From NCBI GenBank assembly GCA_001949185.1, contig BDGG01000004.1:3443777-3507776 (forward strand): DNA of 64,000 bases. Reading direction: 5' to 3'. Below the pieces are notes generated by a model that was not told where the DNA came from, did no database searches, and saw only the letters and a program-made list of their open reading frames with translations. The stretch's first letter is position 1. Each line of letters opens with the position of its first letter. The translations under genes were made by a program, and so were the position numbers. Source of the DNA: Ramazzottius varieornatus. Its lineage: Eukaryota > Animalia > Tardigrada. Positions 37,464 through 49,420 of this stretch are shown here, piece by piece.

Positions 37464-37970
37464 CTGTAAAATCTCGTTCAACCCGACGATAGAAATGCCC
37501 TACCCGCGCATTTCTACCCAGGATCGTGGATAGTAATTTACGGAGAGAATGGAGTTGATCAGCTGATTCCATGACGTATTTGACGTCACAATACTGTCGT
37601 CAGACCAACGGCAGCCATGTATCTCGTCGTACTCGAGTTTAGTTCTAGTCACTCGTCTGCACAATGTGATTCGTTCTTGTCTTGCGTTCAAAAGATCAGT
37701 TCCGTGGCTTCATTTTGAACCCAAGGAAGTGCAGATCTGGCAGCGGACTGCAGAGTTATGTTCATGCGAACGAAGCGGGTGAACACTAGATTTTTCGGTC
37801 GGTCTTAACCAAATCAACTTGAGTCAATCAAGAACCACTTCATATTGGATGGTCCTTTAATTTGGGATCGGCTGATCGGTTTCCACGCTGTTCAGTAAAT
37901 ACTATCCACGATCCTGGTAGAAATGCGCGGGTAGGGCAGTTCTATCGTCGAGTTGAACGAGATTTTACAG
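37464..37970. mobile_element. About 507-bp MITE-like element with about 78-bp terminal inverted repeats
   Basis: 37464-37541 ctgtaaaatctcgttcaacccgacgatagaaatgccctacccgcgcatttctacccaggatcgtggatagtaatttac vs reverse complement of 37895-37970 ctgtaaaatctcgttcaactcgacgatagaactgccctacccgcgcatttctaccaggatcgtggatagtatttac; TA on the left flank, AA on the right. Confidence 0.8.
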
Positions 37971-40900
37971 AAATTATTCCCTCCTCTTCAGGATCCGTCG
38001 GATGTTGTTATCGATTCAGCACCGTACTATCGACGGTATCGATGCGTTTCCGCTAACGACTTATGGAACTTCAAAGACAGCTCGTACGTCTACTAGTATT
38101 TGCACCATGCTGCCTCTGCCGTTTCCTCTTCAGCCTTAACTCGTTAATGTCATGTATGGCTCAGCGCTCTTTGTCATTACAGGGTTGTATCCGGCTCTAT
38201 CCACACTGACACAACGACAACCATTCAAGCCAGCTACTCCTCGGTAGCCAGCACAGCTGATATTTCAAACCAGGCTTGGCTTGGACTGACGAGGATTAGC
38301 AGAACGCGATCAATGTGAGCTAGCTAGCGCTGCTCCCGTTTAGCACAAAGAAAACTTTGTTGTTCCCTCGGTGCTTACCCTTTCCTGTCCGATTCAGTAC
38401 TATAGCCAACGGAGTGGACAAAGGAAAGCTCACCGAAGTATCCTGCAGGCTCGGAGTGCCGACAACACGCAACGGACCATCACCCAGCAGCTGTGGACGT
38501 CGGTTGCAGTACATCGAAGGTAAGAATCTGTCAATATATGAGACCCTATTCAGTCTTGAGCTCCTTGGTTATATGCTTTCCGAGATGGAAGATGCACTTC
38601 CTAACGTCTCGCTTGCCCGTGTTCGATATTGGGGAAGTTGTTGTTGTATCTGATTGTCCCTTAAAGATTACTCATTTAGATTGCTACCAAAGCAGGCGCG
38701 GCGTTATCGCGATGGAGTCGAATTGAAGGTTTGCTGATTGCTCCTCGTTAGACGGATTAACCGGCATGGGGCGCAGTTGCAGGCTGCGGCATCGGTAGCA
38801 GCCGGCGAGAATGTCATTATAATTTGCATAGGAGCCCTACGCGTGTCGGTTCCCCAAGGTGACTTTCGAAGCACTCTATCTTGCCTTCTTGAGTGAAGGT
38901 GACCTTCGTATCGTTTTTCCTCTTTGTGTGCTCTGCTGTGCCGATCGACCGAGCTGAGCTAAGCTAGCCGGCACATCTGTGCGAGGGGTATGAAAAGCTA
39001 GAGTTGTGAAATCTTGTAGGAAACAGCTGATATAGATTGACAGATGTGACTCATAAGCAGCTTCTTTGTGAGGTATGCCTCGCTCAGCAGCATTTACCGG
39101 TATGACAGCCCCATCCAGGTATGATCGGGGCGGTGACGAACAGCTGTCAGCCATCGAAATCACGCCGCAAAGGTATGAAATATGTCCCCTCACCACGTGT
39201 AGATGTGGAGCATCCTTTTGCTACAGAATGGAACTGCACATGCGTAGCTGCATGATCCTTCGCAAGTAGACTAGTTCGCCCCGTTTTCGCGTCAGTGCAT
39301 CCATGCTAATGTCATAAGGTTGCACGTGGGAGCTCCCGGTAATTAGTTTTTCCCAGATAGGTCTGATTCTGTACGACGCGATCCGACGTTTCATTAGGTT
39401 AGTATCGCACTTCCGGGTGTCGTGGCGTTGTTAATAGGACTGATTAATACTGTTCCTCACTCTGCTAATACCGAGCGTCAGTTTGCCATATAGGGCAAAG
39501 TATTATTTTCCAGGTTCTTCTCAGATAGCAGATGTTACGTAATTGAGAGCAAAATCTAATTTTCCTTATCAAGCTTTGGACGCTTGTTGCAAACCCACGA
39601 AAGCCTTTGAGTACACCGCTGAATTTCACGCAGTTACATGTGTGTTTTCGAGGTTCGAACCACGGGAAGCTTCACTGGTGGATGCTTGCTTGGTCGTTGG
39701 TCCGTAGTCGAGTTGGGGGAATCCCGTTCTTTTGTTTGTTTCTGTGCTCTGCCGTCGACTGGTCGTCGTGATGCGCAGTCAACTGTAAAGCCATATTGTG
39801 CGAATGATAACTTGGACTTTGCCGTTTCCGGTTGCTAGTGCGGCTGAGCTGTTCGGGCTTGTTTGTCGTCTCATAACCAGCACAATGTTGTTTTCCTTTC
39901 GCTGCGTTTGATCAACGCTTTGTTTTTATAGGTGCGAACTGATTTCAGCTGCTGAAATAAATCGCCTCGGGACCCCAACTCCGAAAACTAGACTGGCATT
40001 ACGCACTTCCGGTTCCTCCAATCACCCACAGGTAACGTGATTAACTCATCAACATCTTGCTAGCGGCTACAGTCTCAACGCATATTTCCGAATATCATCC
40101 TTTCTTCCAAGAGCTTTCTGCTTGCTTCAACTGTGCATGGCACGTTGGTGCTTTTCAAATTCGGTTAATGGCGTTCGGGCTCGCTTTGCATACAGCGGAT
40201 AGGTATTTACCCATCCGAAATGACTTTATGCCGTGTCCGCACTTTTCATAAGCAGACAGCTGGTTGTCCTTCACTGTCTCAAAGGCTCCTTCCGGTAAGC
40301 CGCAAGTTTCATGTCACTTTGATCGGGCAGATTTTTGACGGTATGAAGCTATACGAAAGCCAGTTGTGTCACAAAGATCTTTGTGACTTGCAGGTCCATT
40401 CTATTCGAGCCAAGCCACTTTTTTCTAAGGTTTCTATGCGTTGTTGTGGTGAAGACGAGTTCTAGGGGACTTTTGACTGACAAGTGCTCAGCGTGCTGCC
40501 AATGCTGCTGAAATTGCTTACTGTTCATATCAAAAGAACCTTGCAGAAGCCCACAGCAAGCCAAATATAAATAACTGGCCGGCGTCTCTTATGATGCCTC
40601 TCGAACTGCACAATTGCCACTTTTACAGTATAATAGCTGTTAATTGCATGCATATCTATCGACTGGTCGTTGTCTACGGAAAGTTGCAGCTTCATTTGGG
40701 AGCTTACGCACGAAGAGATTTCTATTAGTCTGCAGTAAGAAAATGCGTCTGCATGTTGAGGAAAACGTTTCATATAATGACGAACTCGTTTTATATTATT
40801 TGGTCCGTTTGCGTCTTGAAGATGCATGTTTTAGATAAAACGTACGTTTGAGGCTCGCAGTAATGTATGACGGTTCTTGAGTAATGGAAGTCGGTGGGCT

Positions 40901-41157
40901 GTGAAGGCTTGATGGCCACAGCTGAAGTTGCCAAGTTTGATTTTTATAGGCAATGAAGCGCGTCCTCTTCCTCATGTTCGCAACTCATGTTGTTTCCGTT
41001 TCTTTGTAGGTCAAGCTGAGTAGTTAACAGCTGTGAGAGTTACGCAATTCTCGCACATATCGTGCTTCCTCCTCCACAACCACATCGTTCGCCTTGCCAA
41101 CAAGCCGGCGCCTTTTTGTGCAAGCAACAACGTCACGACTCACGAGCAAGCAAGATT

Positions 41158-43493
41158 ATGGCCTCAAAAGACTTCTCTCCCTCGGCGAGGACGCTGAGCC
41201 TCGATGCGCCAGAAGATGCTCCCGTAGATAGCACGGATGACTTCGCTTTACTGCGCTCCTCTCTCACCGCCCAGTTGAACGAGATTGAAATTCTGGAGAG
41301 CATGTACAGCATGCCGGGCGAATTTTTCCTCCACGACCAAGACGCCAAAGCGCAGGTTAGCCTCTCCTCTCGTCGCATTAATCAGTCGTTTATATCATCC
41401 GTAATAAGCAAACCATAAATTTCGACCGCGGTTTTTCGTACGTCAGACGCCACCGTTACTAAGCTTACAGATTGATCCGTCTAAGTTGGAACGATTTTGG
41501 ACTTGAATAAAAAAATGAACAGTGCTTTCACTTCTTTGATAATTTGTTAGCTATTAAAAATACATTGTGTTAAAATCTTGTCGAAGTGTCGTGCTACAGA
41601 CGGAACACAGCGCTGAAGACGTGATCGAACTAGGTGGAAATCACAAAGTTTCCGCAAAACCAACATGCATTGCACCTCAGGCTGGTTTGTTCACGCGGGA
41701 AACGTTTCAGAACAATTTCGCTGATGCTACTGTATTCTGTTGGAACAACCTTCTACGTATAGTAAAAAAATATCGCTCACAAATTCGTGCACTTGGTTGG
41801 GTCTGTGAGCGACAATACTATTGCTGACTCGGGGGGTAAGCAAGACTTTCCGCGTATTTTCTAGATTATTTTCAGTTTCTCCGTCCCCAGCATGTTTTCG
41901 CCTCGGTTATTTTTTAATAGTCAGACCAAACGCACTTTTTCCATATAACAATTTCGTGAGGAACCGTAGTAGTTTTGGCTGGCAGATATAAATAATTTAA
42001 CAGGGATTCTCACTTTTTACCCGTAAACTGCATGGTTTTCAAAAGCTTGCAACAATCAAACGATCAATGTTTTGTTGAGGAGAGCTTCACAAAAGCTCAA
42101 GATGAAGACATGCTCTATTGAATGAGTTAAAGTTTGGAGATGCATAGCCAGAAGCGACTTTACTACAAATTTTCAACATCGTTCCAACTTGTAGGGATCA
42201 CCGTGTACATGGTTTGAACATGGGCGGGTTACGATGTTTTCCGTGTTTTGCAGCTCGACAGTTTCTGCCGTGATAGGGGTGCAGTTGTGCCTTCCGAGAT
42301 CTCATATGATATTCGTCTGCAATGCGAGAACGCCGGACCAAACAATGCGCCGGTGGAAGTAGTGGCGACAGGTATGCATGTCCAAGATGGTTGAAAGACC
42401 CTTTAGATTTCTTTGGTCAGTCACCGTTTGACTCTACCTAGTGCGTGCCTGATGAACTGGATAGGAGTGTCTGCGGACCTTTGGTATCACACGAGTAAAG
42501 TACGCTTGTGTTTGTTGTAGTGACTTATCCTTACAACTATCCGGATGCAGCTGGACCAAATGTCTACGTGCGGTTCTTAAACCAGTACCACACTAGACAG
42601 CACCAAAGTTACCTCAATAAGACGTTAAGTGCCTGGATCAAGGGTCTTTCGAAGGGGGAGGCCTGCGTGCTGCAGATCTTTTCTTGGATCGAGCAGAATA
42701 CCACCAGTTTCGTGTCGTCAATTCGTCCGCAGCAGCTGTCGGAAGAAAATGCGGAGAACCAACCGGCAGAAAGCGAGTTTGAGCGCCTCTGGATCTATTC
42801 TCACCATATTTACAGTAAACACAAACGCGAGATGGTTATGGCGCTTGCCAAGAACCTTGAGCTGAGTGGCTTCATGCTGATTGGCAAACCTGGTAATTTA
42901 ATCTATTTTTCCTTAAGCCTAGAGCAGTTGAGAGAGCGGCAAGCAGTACTCGGTGACCACCTGCATACTCGCGTGCTAGCTGTAATGTGTTGGTTTGCTG
43001 TATGCTGGTTCGCGAGAACGGTCTGTAACCATCCGGCGCGTACCTGCATACAAACGCTTTGTTTCAACTATATGGTTTACTGTATGCAGGTATGGGCGAA
43101 CGGTTAGCCTTCCGCTCTCATCTGTAACAGTCGGCGTTTCATCTGTTGCGTAAGCGTTTTCAGACAACATCCTGATGAATTTGCATTTTTCTTGCAGGCA
43201 TTATTTGCGTCGAAGGGATGCGCAAAGATGCGAGGGCGTTTTACGATCAGATCAAACGCTTCACGTGGCAGAAGATAGCATTAAGGCACCAAGAAGCTGC
43301 ATCTGTCAGCGCCGACAACATTTCCAAAGAGCAGAAGTTTGTCAAGTTCAAGGAAATGTCAGCTAATGGTACAGGAAAGGAAGATAGTCAGGACATGTCA
43401 GATTTTATACAGTTTCTGAAGGACCGAGGCTGTGGCGATGTGATTCCTATACTGTTTGCGGGCATTAAAGTACAGGAAGGCGGCGAAAACTAA
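41158..43493 (+). CDS. RWDD2: RWD domain-containing protein 2 (RWD + DUF1115); exons 41158-41355, 42254-42371, 42521-42892, 43198-43493
   Basis: QLNEIEILESMYS (RWD start), YPYNYP, FERLWIYSHHIYSKHKR...LELSGFMLIGKP|GIICVEG...IKRFTWQKI; all splice phases are consistent. Confidence 0.92.
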
Positions 43494-44815
43494 ACGCATC
43501 TCATTTTTTTGAAATCTTTCTTCTAGTTGGTTAGTAGACCAGTGTAATACACGCAGGGTTGAGTTCTGATATTTTCCAGTGATCGTCAGTTACAGTAGTC
43601 ATCGATTTCATCGCAGCCTCCCTGTTTTTCCGCTCTCCTCAGTTTTAGCCGGTTCATTTGAATTTTTACATTGTACTCCTGACTTGGTGCGACTGTAGAG
43701 CTGCATTTGATAGTGGTTGGCTCATTGTTATGTTTTTACTATTTCCATGCATCTCGGCAGATGTTTTTAGTCTATTCTCCTTTTTACACTTTATTGGATC
43801 TCATTAACCTCTCTGTGTTCTATCCTTTTCTTCGCCGAACTGGGTTAAATTTTGCTGATTAAACACTTTTGATGACAGCCTTGCTCCGTTTGTGTCCTAT
43901 AACGGTAACGGAAGCACCAAGTTTACAGAGAGTCGTGCGCTCGATCCTCCATGAGACTACGATGTTCGCGGTGAGTCTGGTTTCCGCCAGTGGAAGCTCG
44001 GGGTACGTTGACAGGTGCCATCTAGCGTTGCCATTTTGCCAATCAAGGTTAACTTTTGCCGTATGCACAATCAATGAAACAAAAGTTGACTGGAGATCAA
44101 CACAACTATGATCAACAGGTGAGTCATGCTCAAATAGAGGATTGGCACACATGTTTTACACTCGGTTGCTGTTCACTGTTTACGTTTTGTGCTTTTCCCT
44201 AAGGACGGTTGTCAGTGACTGTGGAGGAGCCCGTTAGGACTTGGAGGATCGAGGACGGAAGGACAGTTGGGATCCCCCAACAGGTACAACACTACAGTAC
44301 AACTTCCGGTTGTGATGTAGGAATCGTGATGGTAATTGTGCGTTGCATCTTATTTATGTACTCCAGGTTACCTCATTGATCCGTCCCGGAGAAGCTGGTA
44401 GCAACTAGAAGGATTGGAAGAGCGGAACCATTTGGTCTAATCACTTCTTTACTTCGTATATACGGGGACATACTGTACGCTGTTGATGAGGACACACAGG
44501 TGAGTTTGATGTTTACATTGTTATCACTCTGTATGACCACTCATCGCAACGATAGGGCAGAATGCACGAGACATACGAAGATGCGCTGATTCCGTAATCG
44601 AGATGTTACTGATGCTCTTTTCTCTTACCTAGGTCTGCGGTTAATCACGCAGTTCCCGGAACACTCCTCTTCACTATGTACTGTTGACCGATACAGTACT
44701 TATAATACCGGCCTTGATTCGATACTTAACTCTGTCAACACTAACGACCCAGATTCATCGTTACACTACCACACTGCCATTTGATGCCTGCTTAGAACTT
44801 TTCGAATTTTGCAAA

Positions 44816-47800
44816 ATGGACAGTGACGGAGAAACGGAACTCTCCCAGTCGCCACCTCCTGTACTTCCTCCTCCAAGTCCGTATACCTCAGTAGTCAGTA
44901 ACATTCTGATTGAGTCATCAGCTGGTAAACCAGTGTTCACGTATGGAGAACTTCTATGTTAACTGTGTTCTCGTAGAACGAAATCCTCGTAAAACCTCCG
45001 TACGTATCCCTTTCGTTCCGCCACCTCAAGTACCGGAAGTACACTCGCCATCAGGCGAACCCACAATGGGATTCTCCGAAGAAATTTCTAAGCCGCGGCG
45101 GCCTGTCCCGTAAGTCAATTCTGTTATTATTGGAATGGTGTCATCTGGAAGAACTTTTGATGTGATTTTATGAACAGATTACCACGGAAGAGCATAGTGA
45201 AGCCCCATCACGATCAAGGGGGTACTCAGCCAAACCATTCCGAGCCTTCTCACGCAACCTCCTGGAATCCGGGTGTGAACGGAAGGCCTCATGATTCATC
45301 GTCATCGCTCCATGCCGTGACAGACCTTGATGAGCCAGTGGAGGCTGAAGATGGATACCTAGATTACGAGGGTGTCCGCAGTATTCCGAACACAGAAGTC
45401 TCTCTTCCCACCACAACATCCGATCCAAGCGTAGTCCGCAGTGCCTCCATCGTTTCTGATCTAAGCTCTAATTTGATGAAATGGGAGTCGGTAGAGTACT
45501 TGAGTTCGTCTCTCGATGCTCTGAACTTCCACCAGTCCGAGCAGGATCCGGATATCTGGTCAGTGTACGGAGGCGACAATATCCCACCTGGCTACAGTCC
45601 ACCTATTCCACCATTCGAGGATGAGCCGCTGGAAAAACCACTCATCGATGTCCCGCCGCCACCTTTACCTCCGCGCCCAGCTCGGTCACAGTCAACAGCG
45701 GCTGAGATCGAGAAGTCACGTCCTGCACTTCCGCTACCGGCCGGAAGGAATTCGGTTATTCAACTGGAAAGTGAAACGAGAAATGGCGTGGCTACACTTC
45801 GCGGTGGATTCCTCACTTTACGCCAAAACCAGAAAGGTAGATTGACCTACGTAGTTACTACTTGATCATCATCATTATGGCTTCACATGTATGCCTATTC
45901 AGACAAGAAGCTGCCTTTGCAGACGTTGGAAAACGATGGTGTGTTCTAAAAGATGGTAAACTGAGTATCTATGTGGATCGTAAGGTGGGCATCGAGAAGC
46001 CTCTGTCGATTACTGTATATGCACGTTACGAAGACAATGAGTATTGCTTTCTTTGGTTGCAGTCAGTTAGTGCCAAGTTGACCATTCCCTGTTCGGATAT
46101 ACTGGACATTTCTGTGGATAAGACAAACAAGTAACTAAGCTGTCTTTCATGTTACAGTTTATGCGCTAGATTGGTAACAGCCCAGTCAGACCAATTCTTT
46201 AGACGCAAAGTTTTCGCAGGGGCCTTTGCGCGTTTTCCCTGTGTGCTATGAAGGACCGTAACCGTGCCGTAACGTTCGTGGCCGAATCGACGGTTGAAGC
46301 GCAGAGCTGGCTGCGAGCTCTGGCCAAAAATATCTGTGATAGCACCCTGCTGCATATGACGGCCATGAAGGCTGGCAATCAAAACTTTGATGTGGCCAGC
46401 AGGATCTTTGTCAAGAATGGCGTGTCAGGAGTGTGGCGGAAAAGCTGGATCGAACTTCGGGGAAGGACGCTGACGATCCTGGATGAAGAGAGCGAAGAGG
46501 AATACGACCTCCGCAAAGCCCTCGCACTAAGTACGTCTCCCCAACCGTTTCTCTTGATGTTTTTTCACTGTCTGATACTTGCCTTTAGATGTGGTGAACA
46601 TCGAGTTTTACGAGTCGAAAGCAGCCGTAGTTTGTGCAGAAGCCTCCGAAGAAAGCAAGCCGTTCATCCTGAATATGCCCGGAAGAACGCTGTATTTGCA
46701 AGGTGACGTAGAGAAGAGCACGACGCAGTGGATGAAGCTGATACAACAGCGCTCTCGCGAATGTGGCCCAGCTATCGAAGACCAGCCTCTAACGTCGGAG
46801 GACGTACCGGTGATTGTCCAAAAGTGTATTGCCTTTGTCGAACGTCATGGTACGTATGAACTCGCATGAGGAATTTGATTAGAGTGAAGAATGGTGAAAT
46901 GCCCGATGGAATCTATTGCTATTCTGTTTTTGTTGGCAGGGCTGAAAACGGAAGGAATTTATAGACATAATGGTGTGTCGTCGCGCATTGCTGCCGTGTT
47001 GGACTGCTTCACCAAAGATGCACACTCCTGCCACCTGTCGTTGGAGAACTTTACCGTCCACGATGTGTCAGGAGCACTGAAACGATTCCTTCGGACTCTT
47101 CCCGAGCCTATAATAAAGGTTTGTTGACCGAAGTAACGTCTAGACGTAGTGCAGAAGCGATGAGAAACGTGGTGTCATGAGCACTGCCTTTGCAGTTTGA
47201 CGTGTACCAACCGTTGCTGCATTGCGCCGAGATTGCCGACGTGAACCAGAGACTCCAGAAGTACAAATCGTTACTGAAGCAGCTACCGGAGAAACCGAAC
47301 TATGTGACTTTGAAGGTAAGCTGATTAACTGACTGACTGACTCGGAGCTTTCCATTGTCCCCACTTGTAATCTTATCCAAGTCCAACTAACAAAGAACCT
47401 AAGTCAAAGCGCACAGACGGATGTGGTATCTTTTGTAGAAACTGTGTGGGCATTTACGTCTGGTATCGGAATCTGACAATAAGATGCCGGTGCAAAACAT
47501 TGCCGCTTCCTTCGGAAGTACCATCATGAGCGGAGGAATGGACAACGCAACGGTAAGTTTACAGTAGGCACGTTGCATCCAGTCTGTTGCAAAACGTTGC
47601 TGTTATTTTTGGTTCTTTTAATACAGCTAAACACCCTGGCGGGAGACGCTTTCGAAAGTTCCAAGAACGAAATCACCGTCTTGATAGATTTCCTGACATT
47701 TTACGAAGACTTGTTCGATGTAAAGGAGGAGGATATGATGAAGGAACGGAAGATTCTACAAGCGCTGGAGAACTTCAATCAGCATATCGCAAGCCCGGTA

Positions 47801-48984
47801 AGTACACTATTGTCTATGTACCTAAAGGGTGATTTCTACCTGCTATCTTGGCTGTAGCCTCGAGCGGGAGATTTCCTGATGGGTGTTTACTGGATCGACC
47901 GGAAGGGAGAAGCAGTAAACCTACGGATCGGCAGTCGTATGACTGCCGGCGAACTCTGCCACGCCCTTCTCAACAAGGAAAACATGACAGTGGACGTCGA
48001 GTCCTACGCATTGCACGAAATTGTTTTCGATGATAAATTAAGTGAGTAAACATACGAACCTCTCCACACACGGTACAGAATTACGGCAGGAGTATTGTGA
48101 CAACTTGTTGCAGCTCGAGTCGTGTTGGATTCTGAAGAAGTCATCCCCATCATCCTTCGGTGGACGGCCTGGAATGAGTCGAGCATCTGTCCTTACTCCT
48201 CAAACTATCTCTGCGTTCGAAAGAACGTGCTGCATGAAAAGCTCTCTCCCTTGGTACGAGTAGTCGTCAGACACACTCATTGTTCATTGGTGTGTAGTAT
48301 GGCCGAGTGGTCTTAGCATTTCTGTTCTACGCAGGTGCGAACACCACTGACGGTGTTCCAGCAGTTACGCTTCAGCAAGGAAAAGTCCTTTAAGAAAACA
48401 GCTGTGGAGCTGAGCAAAATGACCTTGTCCTGTTTCAAATCCTCTACGGGTGAGAAAAGCATGGGCTCGTGGGATATTAAGGATCTGCTGATCTTTCGAG
48501 GATCCAGCCCGCAACGGTCTCCGCCCTCAAAGTAAGACGAGTCGCGCTGATTCTTAGAGTCGTGCTAATTCTGAAATTTCACTGGCTAACCGACAATATT
48601 TGCGCTTTTTCAATCAGATGGTCCTTCACATTCATTGAGAAAGATAACTTCATGGACAGACTGTAAGTGAGCCTAGCTTTATACCACACTGTGAGACATC
48701 AAGCCTACGAAGTGCGCAATCTCTTGTCAGGAAGGAGAACAGAACCGCGTTTGGATATACTGTCTGCTGCGACGAAGAGAACGACGTCGTGAAGTGGCTG
48801 GCAGCTCTTATGCAGTCTCAGGTACGTAGTGCCGACATTATACCCCGACTACTACGACGGCATGCTGCTTTTGACTGCAACTTGGACGATGTGTTTTTTT
48901 CCCTTGTAGAAACTTGCCTTGGCACCATATTCCTCCACACCTACGCTCCGCGTTTCCAATTCCGAAAGTGATAAGCTGGTATGA
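44816..48984 (+). CDS. ARAP/RhoGAP15B-like protein: Pro-rich N-terminus, PH, PH, RhoGAP, RA, PH
   Basis: KRWCVLKDGKLSIY...FVAESTVEAQSWLRAL (PH); RTLYLQGD...WMKLI (PH); DQPLTSEDVPVIVQKCIAFVERHG|LKTEGIYRHNG...VHDVSGALKRFLRTLPEP (RhoGAP with arginine finger); YALHEIVFDDKL|TRVLDSEEVIPIILRW (RA); SMGSWDIKDLLIFRG...KWLAALM (last PH); ends ...SESDKLV*. Upstream non-coding exons are likely at about 44200-44500. Confidence 0.88.
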
Positions 48985-49420
48985 TTCGTTCGTACCGGTA
49001 TTTTGTTCGTCTGACCGTTTCATTTTACTACTTCAATTTTATTGTTGTTTTTTTTCGCGCAAATGATTTTGTTGGCAGCCTATGCATGTCTTCCTGCAGC
49101 TAAAATTGTCTGTGATCTTAATCAGTTTACATTTGAAGTTTAAAAAGTTTTAGAAGGCAGCACATAACTTTATTTAACCAGTCGAGGTGGAGCGATGTCC
49201 GGTATCTCGGTGGATACAAAAAACTGAGCAATATGGACGACTGAGATTAGTCAGAGGTTAGGTGGTAATATGGCAGTATTCTCGCTAGGACCGATTATAC
49301 CGCAAGAGCCATTATAAAAAAATTAGAGCTCCATTAATTTAGGCTAGTTTTGGTCGAAATAAGCAAGGGAAGACCAGCTTTCAGTCGCGAAAAGACTCTC
49401 CGTCTTCTTTTTCTTCGTTC

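Noticed and set aside
38300-39300. Short ORFs and a donor-like site at 38520
   Set aside because: No recognisable protein or consistent exon chain
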